From the NCBI GenBank assembly GCA_902494065.1, contig CABURZ010000010.1, forward strand, positions 1 through 24,000: 24,000 bases of DNA, in the 5' to 3' direction. Below, piece after piece: positions 16,863-24,000 of this stretch (position 1 is its first letter; the number at the start of each line of letters is the position of its first letter). This stretch comes from an uncultured Sneathia sp. Its GTDB lineage: Bacteria; Fusobacteriota; Fusobacteriia; Fusobacteriales; Leptotrichiaceae. The notes under the pieces were generated by a model. The model was not told the DNA's origin, did no database searches, and worked only from the letters and a program-made list of their open reading frames with translations. A program made the translations under genes and the position numbers.

Positions 16863-18239
16863 CTAAAATCCATTATTGTGGCTCAATTCTTTAAACCAAT
16901 ATCCTGATTTTTTTATAGTTCTTTTTTGTGTTTCATAATCCAATTCTATAAATCCATATCGATTTTTATATGCATTTAACCATGACCAACAGTCTATAAA
17001 TGTCCAGTGCATATATCCCTTACAATTTGACCCTTCTACAATAGCCTTATGCAAATATCTTAAGTGTTGTTTTATAAACTCAATTCTGTAATCATCTTGT
17101 ATTATACCATTTTTTTTAAACCTTAATTCATCTTCAACTCCCATACCATTTTCTGATACGAACCATTCAATATTCCCGTAGTTATTTTGTATATCTTTAG
17201 CTATATCATATATCGCTTTTTCATATATTTCCCAACCACGATATTTATTAATTTTTTTACCAGGCATATCATATATATCATAATAGTATGTAGGCATAAA
17301 TATACCATCTGGATTAGGCATGTTAGCTTTTGCACACACTCTTAATGGTTGATAGTAGTTCACTCCTAAAAGATCCACAGTATTGTCCTTTATTACCTTA
17401 AGTTCATCTTCTGTATATTCTGGCAATATCCCCCATTTTATAGCTATCTCTTTTAATTCACTTGGATATTTACCTTTAACAGCAGGATCTAAAAACGATT
17501 TTACAGCAAACAAGTCAGCATATCTCTTTGCTTCTAAATCTTTTGGATTATTGCTTCTTGCATAAGCTGGTGTAATATTTAATATTATTCCTATCTTTCC
17601 ACCCTGATTTAATTTCTTGTATTCCCTTATAGCTTTAGCACTAGCTAGTGCTATATTAAATGCTACTTGAAAAGCTTTTTTAGGATTTACTTCTAGTGGA
17701 TAATGGTATTGTAATAAATATCCACATTCAACACTTACTATAGGCTCATTAAATGTAAACCATTTTTTAACTATATCTCCAAATAATTCAAAACATTTTT
17801 TTGCATATTCTGCGTAAAGTTCTACTGTTTTTTTACTAGCAAATCCATCATATTTTTCTTGAATATATAGTGGGGTATCAAAATGATACAAATTTACAAA
17901 TGGTTCTATACCATTTTCCTTTAACATAGAAAAATATGATCTATAAAAATCTACTGCCTTTTGATTAACCTTTCCATCTTCAGATAAAAGTCTAGCCCAT
18001 GAGATAGAAGTTCTAAAAGAGTTGTGACCCGTTTTTTTCAGTAATTCAACATCTTCTTTAAAATGAGTGTATATCGTACTAGTAGTGCTAGGTCCTATAC
18101 TTTCATGAAATTTAAAACTTTCTTCTTCAAAAAATTTATCCCATGTTGTTTTTAATTTTCCATCTTTTTCTACTCTTCCTTCACTTTGTTCAGCACTAGT
18201 TGCTGAGCCCCAAAAGAAATTTTCTGGAAATTTTATCAT
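16863..18239 (-). CDS. 6-phospho-beta-glucosidase (glycoside hydrolase family 1)
   Basis: FPENFFWGSATSAEQSEG N-terminal GH1 signature, with TFNEP (acid/base Glu) and SENGMG (nucleophile Glu). Located in a cellobiose-PTS operon. Confidence 0.9.
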   Translation of the reverse strand: MIKFPENFFWGSATSAEQSEGRVEKDGKLKTTWDKFFEEESFKFHESIGPSTTSTIYTHFKEDVELLKKTGHNSFRTSISWARLLSEDGKVNQKAVDFYRSYFSMLKENGIEPFVNLYHFDTPLYIQEKYDGFASKKTVELYAEYAKKCFELFGDIVKKWFTFNEPIVSVECGYLLQYHYPLEVNPKKAFQVAFNIALASAKAIREYKKLNQGGKIGIILNITPAYARSNNPKDLEAKRYADLFAVKSFLDPAVKGKYPSELKEIAIKWGILPEYTEDELKVIKDNTVDLLGVNYYQPLRVCAKANMPNPDGIFMPTYYYDIYDMPGKKINKYRGWEIYEKAIYDIAKDIQNNYGNIEWFVSENGMGVEDELRFKKNGIIQDDYRIEFIKQHLRYLHKAIVEGSNCKGYMHWTFIDCWSWLNAYKNRYGFIELDYETQKRTIKKSGYWFKELSHNNGF

Positions 18240-18251
18240 ACTTCCTCCTTT

Positions 18252-18893
18252 TTAAAATATTTTCACATCTTTTGTAGTTGGACTAAAATATGATTTTATT
18301 ACCACAACCATATTTCTATTTTCATCATAAATCATATTTTTAATTATCACAATAGGTGTATTTAAACTAACATTTAAAAGCTTTGCAAATTTTACTGGTA
18401 TAATTTCAGCATAAATTTTTTGAATAATTTGCATTTTTTTTAGTTTTTCTATTCCTTCTTTATTTAAATTTACAAATATTCCTTGTATCTGTTCATCTTC
18501 ACTATTTACAAAAACTTCTTCTATGCTAACTAATTCATCATCTTTTTTTGTTAAATATATCAATCTTTCAACATTTGAATCTTCAAATATTTCTTTATTG
18601 TCAATATAGTAATTTAGATTAAGATACACAAGCTTAAAATCAGTATAGTCATCAAAAAACGGAAATAATAATATATTTAGATTAGGTTTCTTTTTAACAA
18701 ATGTACCTACATTATTTTTTTTGTACAAATAACCTTCTTCAACTAATATATTTATTATCTTCCTTGCTGTAATTTTAGAAATACCTTTATACTCTGCAAG
18801 ACTTCGCTCAGAATAAAATTGTTCTTCTAATTCAAACCCTTTCAATTCTTCTATCAATTCTAAAACTATTTTTTCATAAACTTTTTCAGCCAT
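18252..18893 (-). CDS. GntR-family (HutC/UTRA-like) transcriptional regulator
   Basis: The N-terminal winged HTH SERSLAEYKGISKITARKIINILVEEGYLYKKNNVGTFV fits the GntR pattern. 8-nt ATGGCTGA overlap with the upstream ORF. Confidence 0.8.
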   Translation of the reverse strand: MAEKVYEKIVLELIEELKGFELEEQFYSERSLAEYKGISKITARKIINILVEEGYLYKKNNVGTFVKKKPNLNILLFPFFDDYTDFKLVYLNLNYYIDNKEIFEDSNVERLIYLTKKDDELVSIEEVFVNSEDEQIQGIFVNLNKEGIEKLKKMQIIQKIYAEIIPVKFAKLLNVSLNTPIVIIKNMIYDENRNMVVVIKSYFSPTTKDVKIF

Positions 18894-19311
18894 TTTTTTC
18901 TTTCTCTACCAAATATTCATCTATTTGTTTTAATTTTTTTCTTTTATTCTTTATTAAAAAATATCCAAACAAAAATTCTAATAACATATTATTATACTTT
19001 TTCATTTTTGAATCTGTAATATATTTTTCAATATATTTTAATGTAAAACACTTTCCATTACTATCTAACATTTCATATTCTAAAGTGTTTTTACCATACA
19101 AAGAATTTATTTCAATTTTGTAGCCAATATTTTCCCTAAGGTTAACTAACTTTAATTCACACGATATTTTTTTACCCATTTTAGACAACATATCTTTTTT
19201 TATTGTAATACCTGCATGAATCTCTTTTACTTTAAATTCTTCTTTTAAACTATTACAAAGAAAGCTATAAAAAGCTTCCTTTGTACAGTTCATATTCATT
19301 TTAAATTCCAT
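18886..19311 (-). CDS. Small hypothetical protein; position and size resemble the DUF3284 proteins found in cellobiose-PTS operons (not verified)
   Basis: 141 aa with no TM segment. Lies between EIIC and the regulator and is translationally coupled. The family assignment is from memory of operon context and weak sequence feel only. Confidence 0.4.
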   Translation of the reverse strand: MEFKMNMNCTKEAFYSFLCNSLKEEFKVKEIHAGITIKKDMLSKMGKKISCELKLVNLRENIGYKIEINSLYGKNTLEYEMLDSNGKCFTLKYIEKYITDSKMKKYNNMLLEFLFGYFLIKNKRKKLKQIDEYLVEKEKNG

Positions 19312-19320
19312 ATATCCTCT

Positions 19321-20634
19321 TTAATCATCTAATTTATTTGCTAAGATTACAAATGGTGTCCATATAAAGAATGCTACAACAACATTCAATATTGAAACTA
19401 ATGCTGCCAGTATAGATCCTCCTGTTGCAAAAAATGCATATAGTCCTGTAGGCATAATCCACGGAACTATTACATATACTGGTGGTATAATTCCAAGACT
19501 TGTAAATGTATATGCTATTATAGCGGCAACAACTGAACTTAATACAAACGGAATGAAGTATAGTGGATTTAATACTATAGGCATTCCGAAAATCATAGGC
19601 TCATTAATATTAAATATCCCCATAGGTAAAGCTAATTTTGCAACTGCCTTATTTGCTTTTTTCTTTGAGAAAATAAAGATAGCTATAATCAATGCTATAG
19701 TAATACCAGATCCTCCCATTTGTAAGTATGCATCAAAAGATCCTCTTGTCCATAAATAAGGTAATGTTTTTACTGTTCCACCTTTAGCAATATGTTCAAC
19801 ATTAGCTAGTAATGCTGGTTGATATATTCCATCCATTATAGGAGCTAAAACATTATGTCCATGTAATCCAAAGAACCATAAGAATTGTACAAGGAATGAA
19901 ATAATTACTACTGAAACTATTCCTTGAGATAATCCTAAAAGTGGTGTTTGTATGTATATTGAAATTAAATCTATCAATGATTTTCCTGTTAATGTAAATA
20001 CAACATTTGCTAAAATCGAACAAACATATATAGCAACAACTCCTGGTATTATTGATGCAAATGCTTTATTAACTGCTGGAGGAACACTGTCAGGAAGTTT
20101 TATAATAACTTTTTTATTCATAAGTTTACAATATACTAATGAAGATATAAATCCTATTATCATAGCTGGGAAAATTCCTTGAGCACCTAAATAATTTACA
20201 TTAATAAATCCCCATGATGAAACTGGTGTTAAAACACCATTTATATCTGCATTAAAGCTTGCTTCTTGTGGCAAAAATGCAATATATGATGCAAATGCTA
20301 CTAACGCTCCTGCTAATGGATTAACCTTATAACTTTGAGCCAAGTTATATCCTAGAGCTAATACAAATGCTAATGATAATATTGCAAATGAAGCAAACCA
20401 AACTATACCATTTGTTGATATAATAGGTTGCATAGCTTTAACAAATCCTGTATATCCTCTTGTTGTTGGTATATCTCTAAAGAATACATTCAACAATACA
20501 GCAATAGATCCAACCATAGTTATAGGCATTATTGCTATAAACGAATCTCTTATTGCAACTAAATGTTTTTGTTGTGCTAACTTAGTTGCCACTGGTACAA
20601 ATGAATTTTCTACCAAATTCATAAACTTTTTCAT
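19321..20634 (-). CDS. PTS lactose/cellobiose-family EIIC permease
   Basis: 437-aa polytopic protein. The N-terminal LVENSFVPVATKLAQQKHLVAIRDSFIAIMPITMVGS is the characteristic EIIC-cellobiose start. AAAGGAGAA SD. Confidence 0.9.
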   Translation of the reverse strand: MKKFMNLVENSFVPVATKLAQQKHLVAIRDSFIAIMPITMVGSIAVLLNVFFRDIPTTRGYTGFVKAMQPIISTNGIVWFASFAILSLAFVLALGYNLAQSYKVNPLAGALVAFASYIAFLPQEASFNADINGVLTPVSSWGFINVNYLGAQGIFPAMIIGFISSLVYCKLMNKKVIIKLPDSVPPAVNKAFASIIPGVVAIYVCSILANVVFTLTGKSLIDLISIYIQTPLLGLSQGIVSVVIISFLVQFLWFFGLHGHNVLAPIMDGIYQPALLANVEHIAKGGTVKTLPYLWTRGSFDAYLQMGGSGITIALIIAIFIFSKKKANKAVAKLALPMGIFNINEPMIFGMPIVLNPLYFIPFVLSSVVAAIIAYTFTSLGIIPPVYVIVPWIMPTGLYAFFATGGSILAALVSILNVVVAFFIWTPFVILANKLDD

Positions 20635-20637
20635 ACT

Positions 20638-20943
20638 CTATTCTCCTTTTATTATTTTTAGTGCATCTTCTAATACTTTCTCACCATTCATTGTTCCATA
20701 ACTTACCATATCAATTACAGATACAGGAGTTGCACCAAACAATTCCTTCATATTTTTTTCTAAATATCTAACTTGTGGCCCTAATAAAACTAAATCCACT
20801 TTATTAACATATTCAACTGCTTTTGCATCTGGTATAGCTGAAATTTCAACTTCTATCCCTTTATTTTGTGCAGATTTTTTCATCTTTTCAACCATAAAAC
20901 TTGTTGACATTCCTGCACTACAAATTAACAATATTTTAAGCAT
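20638..20943 (-). CDS. PTS lactose/cellobiose-family EIIB component
   Basis: MLKILLICSAGMSTS carries the phospho-Cys motif (C-x-x-G-M-S-T-S). The start was moved to the ATG at 20943, with AAGGTGG 8 nt upstream. The track GTG at 20955 lies in that SD. Confidence 0.9.
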   Translation of the reverse strand: MLKILLICSAGMSTSFMVEKMKKSAQNKGIEVEISAIPDAKAVEYVNKVDLVLLGPQVRYLEKNMKELFGATPVSVIDMVSYGTMNGEKVLEDALKIIKGE

Positions 20944-20946
20944 GAT

Positions 20947-21055
20947 GTATACCACCTTTCAACTTTTTCATAATTTAAGTATACCACTATTTTTGATAAA
21001 TGCAAGTAATTAAAGGAAAATTTCATAAACTTTATATATACCACGAACGTATAAC
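20947..21055 (-). promoter_or_regulatory. Cluster of GTGGTATA(C/T) motifs, candidate GntR/HutC operator half-sites
   Basis: Plus-strand GTATACCAC at 20947-20955 and 20979-20987, and TATACCAC at 21037-21044. A related CGTATAAC is at 21048-21055. Confidence 0.4.
20978..21005 (-). promoter_or_regulatory. Putative promoter of the cellobiose-PTS operon
   Basis: Minus strand reads TTGCAT (21005-21000), 16 nt, TGgTATACT (extended -10, TATACT at 20983-20978). The -10 is embedded in one GTGGTATA motif. Confidence 0.5.
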
Positions 21056-21089
21056 AAAAAAATATCCTAAATGCATAATGCACTTAGGA
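21054..21089 (-). terminator. Rho-independent terminator after the GNAT gene
   Basis: Minus strand reads TCCTAAGTGCA-tta-TGCATTTAGGA (11-bp stem with one G-U pair) followed by TATTTTTTTG. Confidence 0.7.
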
Positions 21090-21122
21090 CTATTTAATTT
21101 TTCTTTATTAATATACTATTAA

Positions 21123-21623
21123 CTACAATATTTTAAAATAATATACATTCCCATCACCATCATAATCATCTAAAGATCTATCATGTTTAAATCCTAATGA
21201 CATTGCTGTACGAATAGATGGAATATTTGCATTTAACGTTAAAACAACAATAACACTTAATTTACCTACGTTATCAATAATAGCTTGACAAGCTTCCTTA
21301 ACATATCCACGACGCATTTTATTTGGAGTAATCCTATAATAAAGATTCAAATAAGGCTTATTTTTAATATTTACATGTTTAAGTCCGCAAACTCCAACAT
21401 AACTATCATCGCTTTTATCAATTATTACATAATAACCAAACCCATATTTCTCATGATGCTCTATCCATTTATTTAATTCTTGTTGAAAAATTTCACGATT
21501 TTTCACAGGCCCAGCTGGATTATATAAATTAGTAGCTGGATTCGCATGAATTTGAAATAAAGGTTCTAAATCAGTAATTTCAGGTTTCCTAAGTAGTAAA
21601 CGTGATGTTTCTATAATCTGCAT
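21123..21623 (-). CDS. GNAT-family N-acetyltransferase (RimJ/RimL-like)
   Basis: IETSRLLLRKPEITDLEPLFQI is the typical RimJ/L-type N-terminus. The YYVII...VGVCGL and RRGYVKEA acetyl-CoA-binding region is present. Confidence 0.8.
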   Translation of the reverse strand: MQIIETSRLLLRKPEITDLEPLFQIHANPATNLYNPAGPVKNREIFQQELNKWIEHHEKYGFGYYVIIDKSDDSYVGVCGLKHVNIKNKPYLNLYYRITPNKMRRGYVKEACQAIIDNVGKLSVIVVLTLNANIPSIRTAMSLGFKHDRSLDDYDGDGNVYYFKIL

Positions 21624-21823
21624 ATAAATTCACCTTTTAAATATATTTTGACATCAACACAACAGTTTCGACGTGTATTAAGACTACTCTGATGATAACC
21701 CTACATCAAGAAATAGGTCTGCACGCTCGTTGCACGATGGAAGTTGGCAAAGGGAAGGACGCTTGAAAATAAACATCCAGTATGCTTTTAGAAAAGCATA
21801 AAAAACTACAAACACTTATCGGT

Positions 21824-22693
21824 TCATTCGTCATAAATACCTATATAGTTATAAAATTGCTCATGTAACCGCTTCATTTCATCCGGAGCCTTTATTGAAT
21901 GTCGGTACATAAACTTTTCACCAAAACGGCTTCGAAAAATAACCCCAAGAATAAACCCCATAATGGAGCATGGAAGAATTTGTAAAAACTTCATTTTTAT
22001 CGGAACAAGTTTAATTCCTTTTGTTTTAACATTAAAAAGATTTCTTCTGATTTGCTTAGCTGTTTTATTCATTAATACACGATCGTTTCCGGCATGCTCA
22101 GGATCATCTGAATGATAATAAGCATCTGCAATCGGCACGACCATTGCAAGATGACAGATCTGCCATGAATGCATGTCTTTTACAACTTGGCATGGAATCA
22201 TTGCCGATCGGAACAAATCGAACAGTTCTTTCTCACGACCACCTGACATGCCGATTGTAGTTGGCTGAATAAAACGAGGCGTAAGGGCTGCATCCAAAAT
22301 ATCTCCGTCAAAGCCGCCGCCGGCACCTGGGAAAGCAGGGAGGATACGTCCTTTTCCGCAAATCTTTTCCCATGTATCATACGTTTCTAAAGAATTTACC
22401 ATAGTTACAATGACAGGACTTATATTAGCTTTCAGTTCCGCCAAAGCAATATGCAACTGGTTTTCTCTTACCGCAAGCAATATAAAATCATAACTGTCTA
22501 ACGGCAGCAGTCGAGATAAAACGGATACTTTGGCAGTCCGAATCTCATTATATTTTTTATACCTTAGCCCATACATCTGTAATTCTTTCAAACGATTTCC
22601 ACGAGCATATACGGATACGTCTGCTCCCGCTTCGGAAATCAAAGCCGCATAAAGACTTCCTATCACTCCTGCACCATAAATCAATACTCTCAT
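21824..22693 (-). CDS. Ketopantoate reductase (ApbA/PanE)-family NAD(P)-dependent oxidoreductase
   Basis: MRVLIYGAGVIGSLYAALISEAGADVSVYARG is a Rossmann GxGxxG start typical of the ApbA family. The ATG at 22693 is preferred, with AAGGA 8 nt upstream. G+C is markedly higher than in the rest of the window. Confidence 0.7.
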   Translation of the reverse strand: MRVLIYGAGVIGSLYAALISEAGADVSVYARGNRLKELQMYGLRYKKYNEIRTAKVSVLSRLLPLDSYDFILLAVRENQLHIALAELKANISPVIVTMVNSLETYDTWEKICGKGRILPAFPGAGGGFDGDILDAALTPRFIQPTTIGMSGGREKELFDLFRSAMIPCQVVKDMHSWQICHLAMVVPIADAYYHSDDPEHAGNDRVLMNKTAKQIRRNLFNVKTKGIKLVPIKMKFLQILPCSIMGFILGVIFRSRFGEKFMYRHSIKAPDEMKRLHEQFYNYIGIYDE

Positions 22694-22793
22694 CTTCACA
22701 ATCCTTTTATGTTTCTTCCTAAATTTCGATGTATTTTACACATCCAAACAAAAGCTCACTATCCATTTAGATAAATGACCCGAAAATTCATCT

Positions 22794-23294
22794 TTATAAT
22801 ATTCCAACAATCAAAGCCTGAACCGCCGCTACAAATGGTATAATTAAAAACGGAGTAACTACAAAATGTTCCATGATTGCCAAATGTCTCATCCAGTTAC
22901 TGAATTCATAATCCGGATGTCCCTCTGTCCCCTGAATGACGATTTTATCCTTATATTTCCCTTGGAACAATAGACAATCCAACAAAAAGAAATCTCCTAA
23001 GTTTAATATGCTCCACTGAATATAGCCCATCCAAAAAAGATTCCAAAAACCTGAAATTCCAGTATGTAAAAGACTTGCTGCTGAATATATGAAACAAATC
23101 CCGCAAATTATAATTGTTAGAATGAGATTTATGTTTTTCTCTTTTTTTGTCATCTGTTCCGGTGCAACTTTTTGAATTGCCTTTGGATAAGAATCAAAAA
23201 AGAATCTTGGATTAATAAGTACCAAAGAAGCCACTGCACCGTTAAAAATAGCTGCTATAGCAATTCCGATAAGAATTGCCTGTATTAAATCCAT
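22794..23294 (-). CDS. Hypothetical integral membrane protein (about 4 TM segments)
   Basis: Four hydrophobic segments (IQAILIGIAIAAIF, LILTIIICGICFIYSAASLL, FWNLFWMGYIQWSIL, VVTPFLIIPFVAAVQALIVGIL). AGGGAGA SD 7 nt before the ATG. No family recognised. Confidence 0.5.
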   Translation of the reverse strand: MDLIQAILIGIAIAAIFNGAVASLVLINPRFFFDSYPKAIQKVAPEQMTKKEKNINLILTIIICGICFIYSAASLLHTGISGFWNLFWMGYIQWSILNLGDFFLLDCLLFQGKYKDKIVIQGTEGHPDYEFSNWMRHLAIMEHFVVTPFLIIPFVAAVQALIVGIL

Positions 23295-23351
23295 AAAATC
23301 ATCTCCCTTTTGCTTTTAAATTCATATTACTTCGTAAATAATAATTTAATA

Positions 23352-23969
23352 TTACTTTTTATATGCAATCATCACACCAATCGGTGCAAGACCTCCATAT
23401 GCCAATTTCATTTCAACTACCGAAAATCTAAATTCTTTAATAAAATCTTCAAATTCCTTTTTATCCCATTCTTGATACATTTTAAATCCTAAAATAGACA
23501 TCAAACTCTTTATAATTTTTCTTTGTTTTCCCTCTTTCCATAGAAAAGTAGGGGCAAACAAAATCCCATTAGGTTTTAACACCCTATATATTTCTTTCAT
23601 TGCCTCATCCGGTTTGGGCATAATATGAAGTGCATTAGCAATTAACACACCATCAAATTTTTCATGCGAATAGGATAATGCTGTTGCATCAGCTGTTTCA
23701 AATGTAAGATTTTCGTATTCCCCACGCTTTTTAGCTTCCTGAATCATTTGCTCGGAGAAGTCTGTACCGATCCAACTTTTAGTATGCTTTGAAAGACTAA
23801 ACGACAATTGTCCTGAGCCACAAGCAAGTTCAAGCATCTCCATGTCTTTATTCAAATGAGGACGAATGTATTCGCAAACTTTATCATATACTCCTTTGTC
23901 TTTTTTCATGAAAGGAGCATATAGCTTAGCAAATTTATCCCAAAATTTTTTATTGCTTTTATCAATCAT
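23352..23969 (-). CDS. Class I SAM-dependent methyltransferase
   Basis: Motif I MLELACGSGQLS and a post-I acidic residue (IGTDFS), plus FDGVLIANALHIMP and LKPNGILF motifs. The ATG at 23969 is preferred, with AAGGAG 8 nt upstream. The track start at 23975 is a TTG. Confidence 0.8.
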   Translation of the reverse strand: MIDKSNKKFWDKFAKLYAPFMKKDKGVYDKVCEYIRPHLNKDMEMLELACGSGQLSFSLSKHTKSWIGTDFSEQMIQEAKKRGEYENLTFETADATALSYSHEKFDGVLIANALHIMPKPDEAMKEIYRVLKPNGILFAPTFLWKEGKQRKIIKSLMSILGFKMYQEWDKKEFEDFIKEFRFSVVEMKLAYGGLAPIGVMIAYKK

Positions 23970-24000
23970 TTTCAACGCTCCTTTTAATATAAAAATGATC

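Noticed and set aside
21781-21800. Hairpin TATGCTTTT-ag-AAAAGCATA as the terminator of the KPR-like gene.
   Set aside because: On the minus strand the T-run precedes rather than follows the stem, and on the plus strand an A-run follows it. It is not a canonical intrinsic terminator on either strand. I kept it only as a junction feature.
2810-23492. Twelve plus-strand track ORFs of 60-122 aa: 2810-2995, 3205-3534, 4787-5026, 9434-9646, 12191-12535, 15321-15659, 16026-16394, 17383-17565, 19553-19759, 19952-20182, 21285-21476 and 23310-23492.
   Set aside because: All lie antisense to well-supported minus-strand genes or span their ends. They have low-complexity F/L/I/S-rich translations and no SD sequences. 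These are the open frames expected by chance opposite A+T-rich genes.

Overview
Very A+T-rich bacterial DNA with diderm hallmarks: a YadA-type trimeric autotransporter adhesin (TAA) and a beta-barrel porin. Gene content looks Fusobacteriota-like, which is inference only. All genes but one are on the minus strand.

Left to right:
- Partial MFS transporter that runs off the left edge and is absent from the ORF track.
- gpmA.
- An orphan strong-promoter/terminator unit of about 145 nt, a candidate sRNA.
- A six-gene mannose-family PTS (EIIA-B-C-D) plus two SIS deglycases, laid out like gfrABCDEF/frlB Amadori-product operons.
- The only plus-strand gene: a Rep_3-type plasmid replication-initiator homologue, followed by a pure A/T stretch and a perfect 2 x 28 bp tandem repeat.
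- A TAA gene split by a single in-frame TAA codon, with a G7/C7 tract inside a too-short promoter spacer.
- nox-trxA.
- A TPP riboswitch controlling a ThiXYZ-like ABC importer.
- A porin gene with an A17/T17 tract upstream.
- A cellobiose-type PTS / 6-phospho-beta-glucosidase operon with an embedded GntR regulator and repeated GTGGTATA operator-like motifs.
- A GNAT acetyltransferase.
- From about 21.64 kb to the window end, a visibly G+C-richer block (ketopantoate-reductase-like protein, membrane protein, SAM methyltransferase), suggesting horizontal acquisition.

I found no tRNA, rRNA, CRISPR array, transposase, integrase or recognisable defence system. The items most worth follow-up are the orphan Rep_3-like gene with its iteron-like repeats, the apparently phase-variable and interrupted adhesin locus, and the candidate sRNA. 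All calls come from reading the sequence; no database search was possible.
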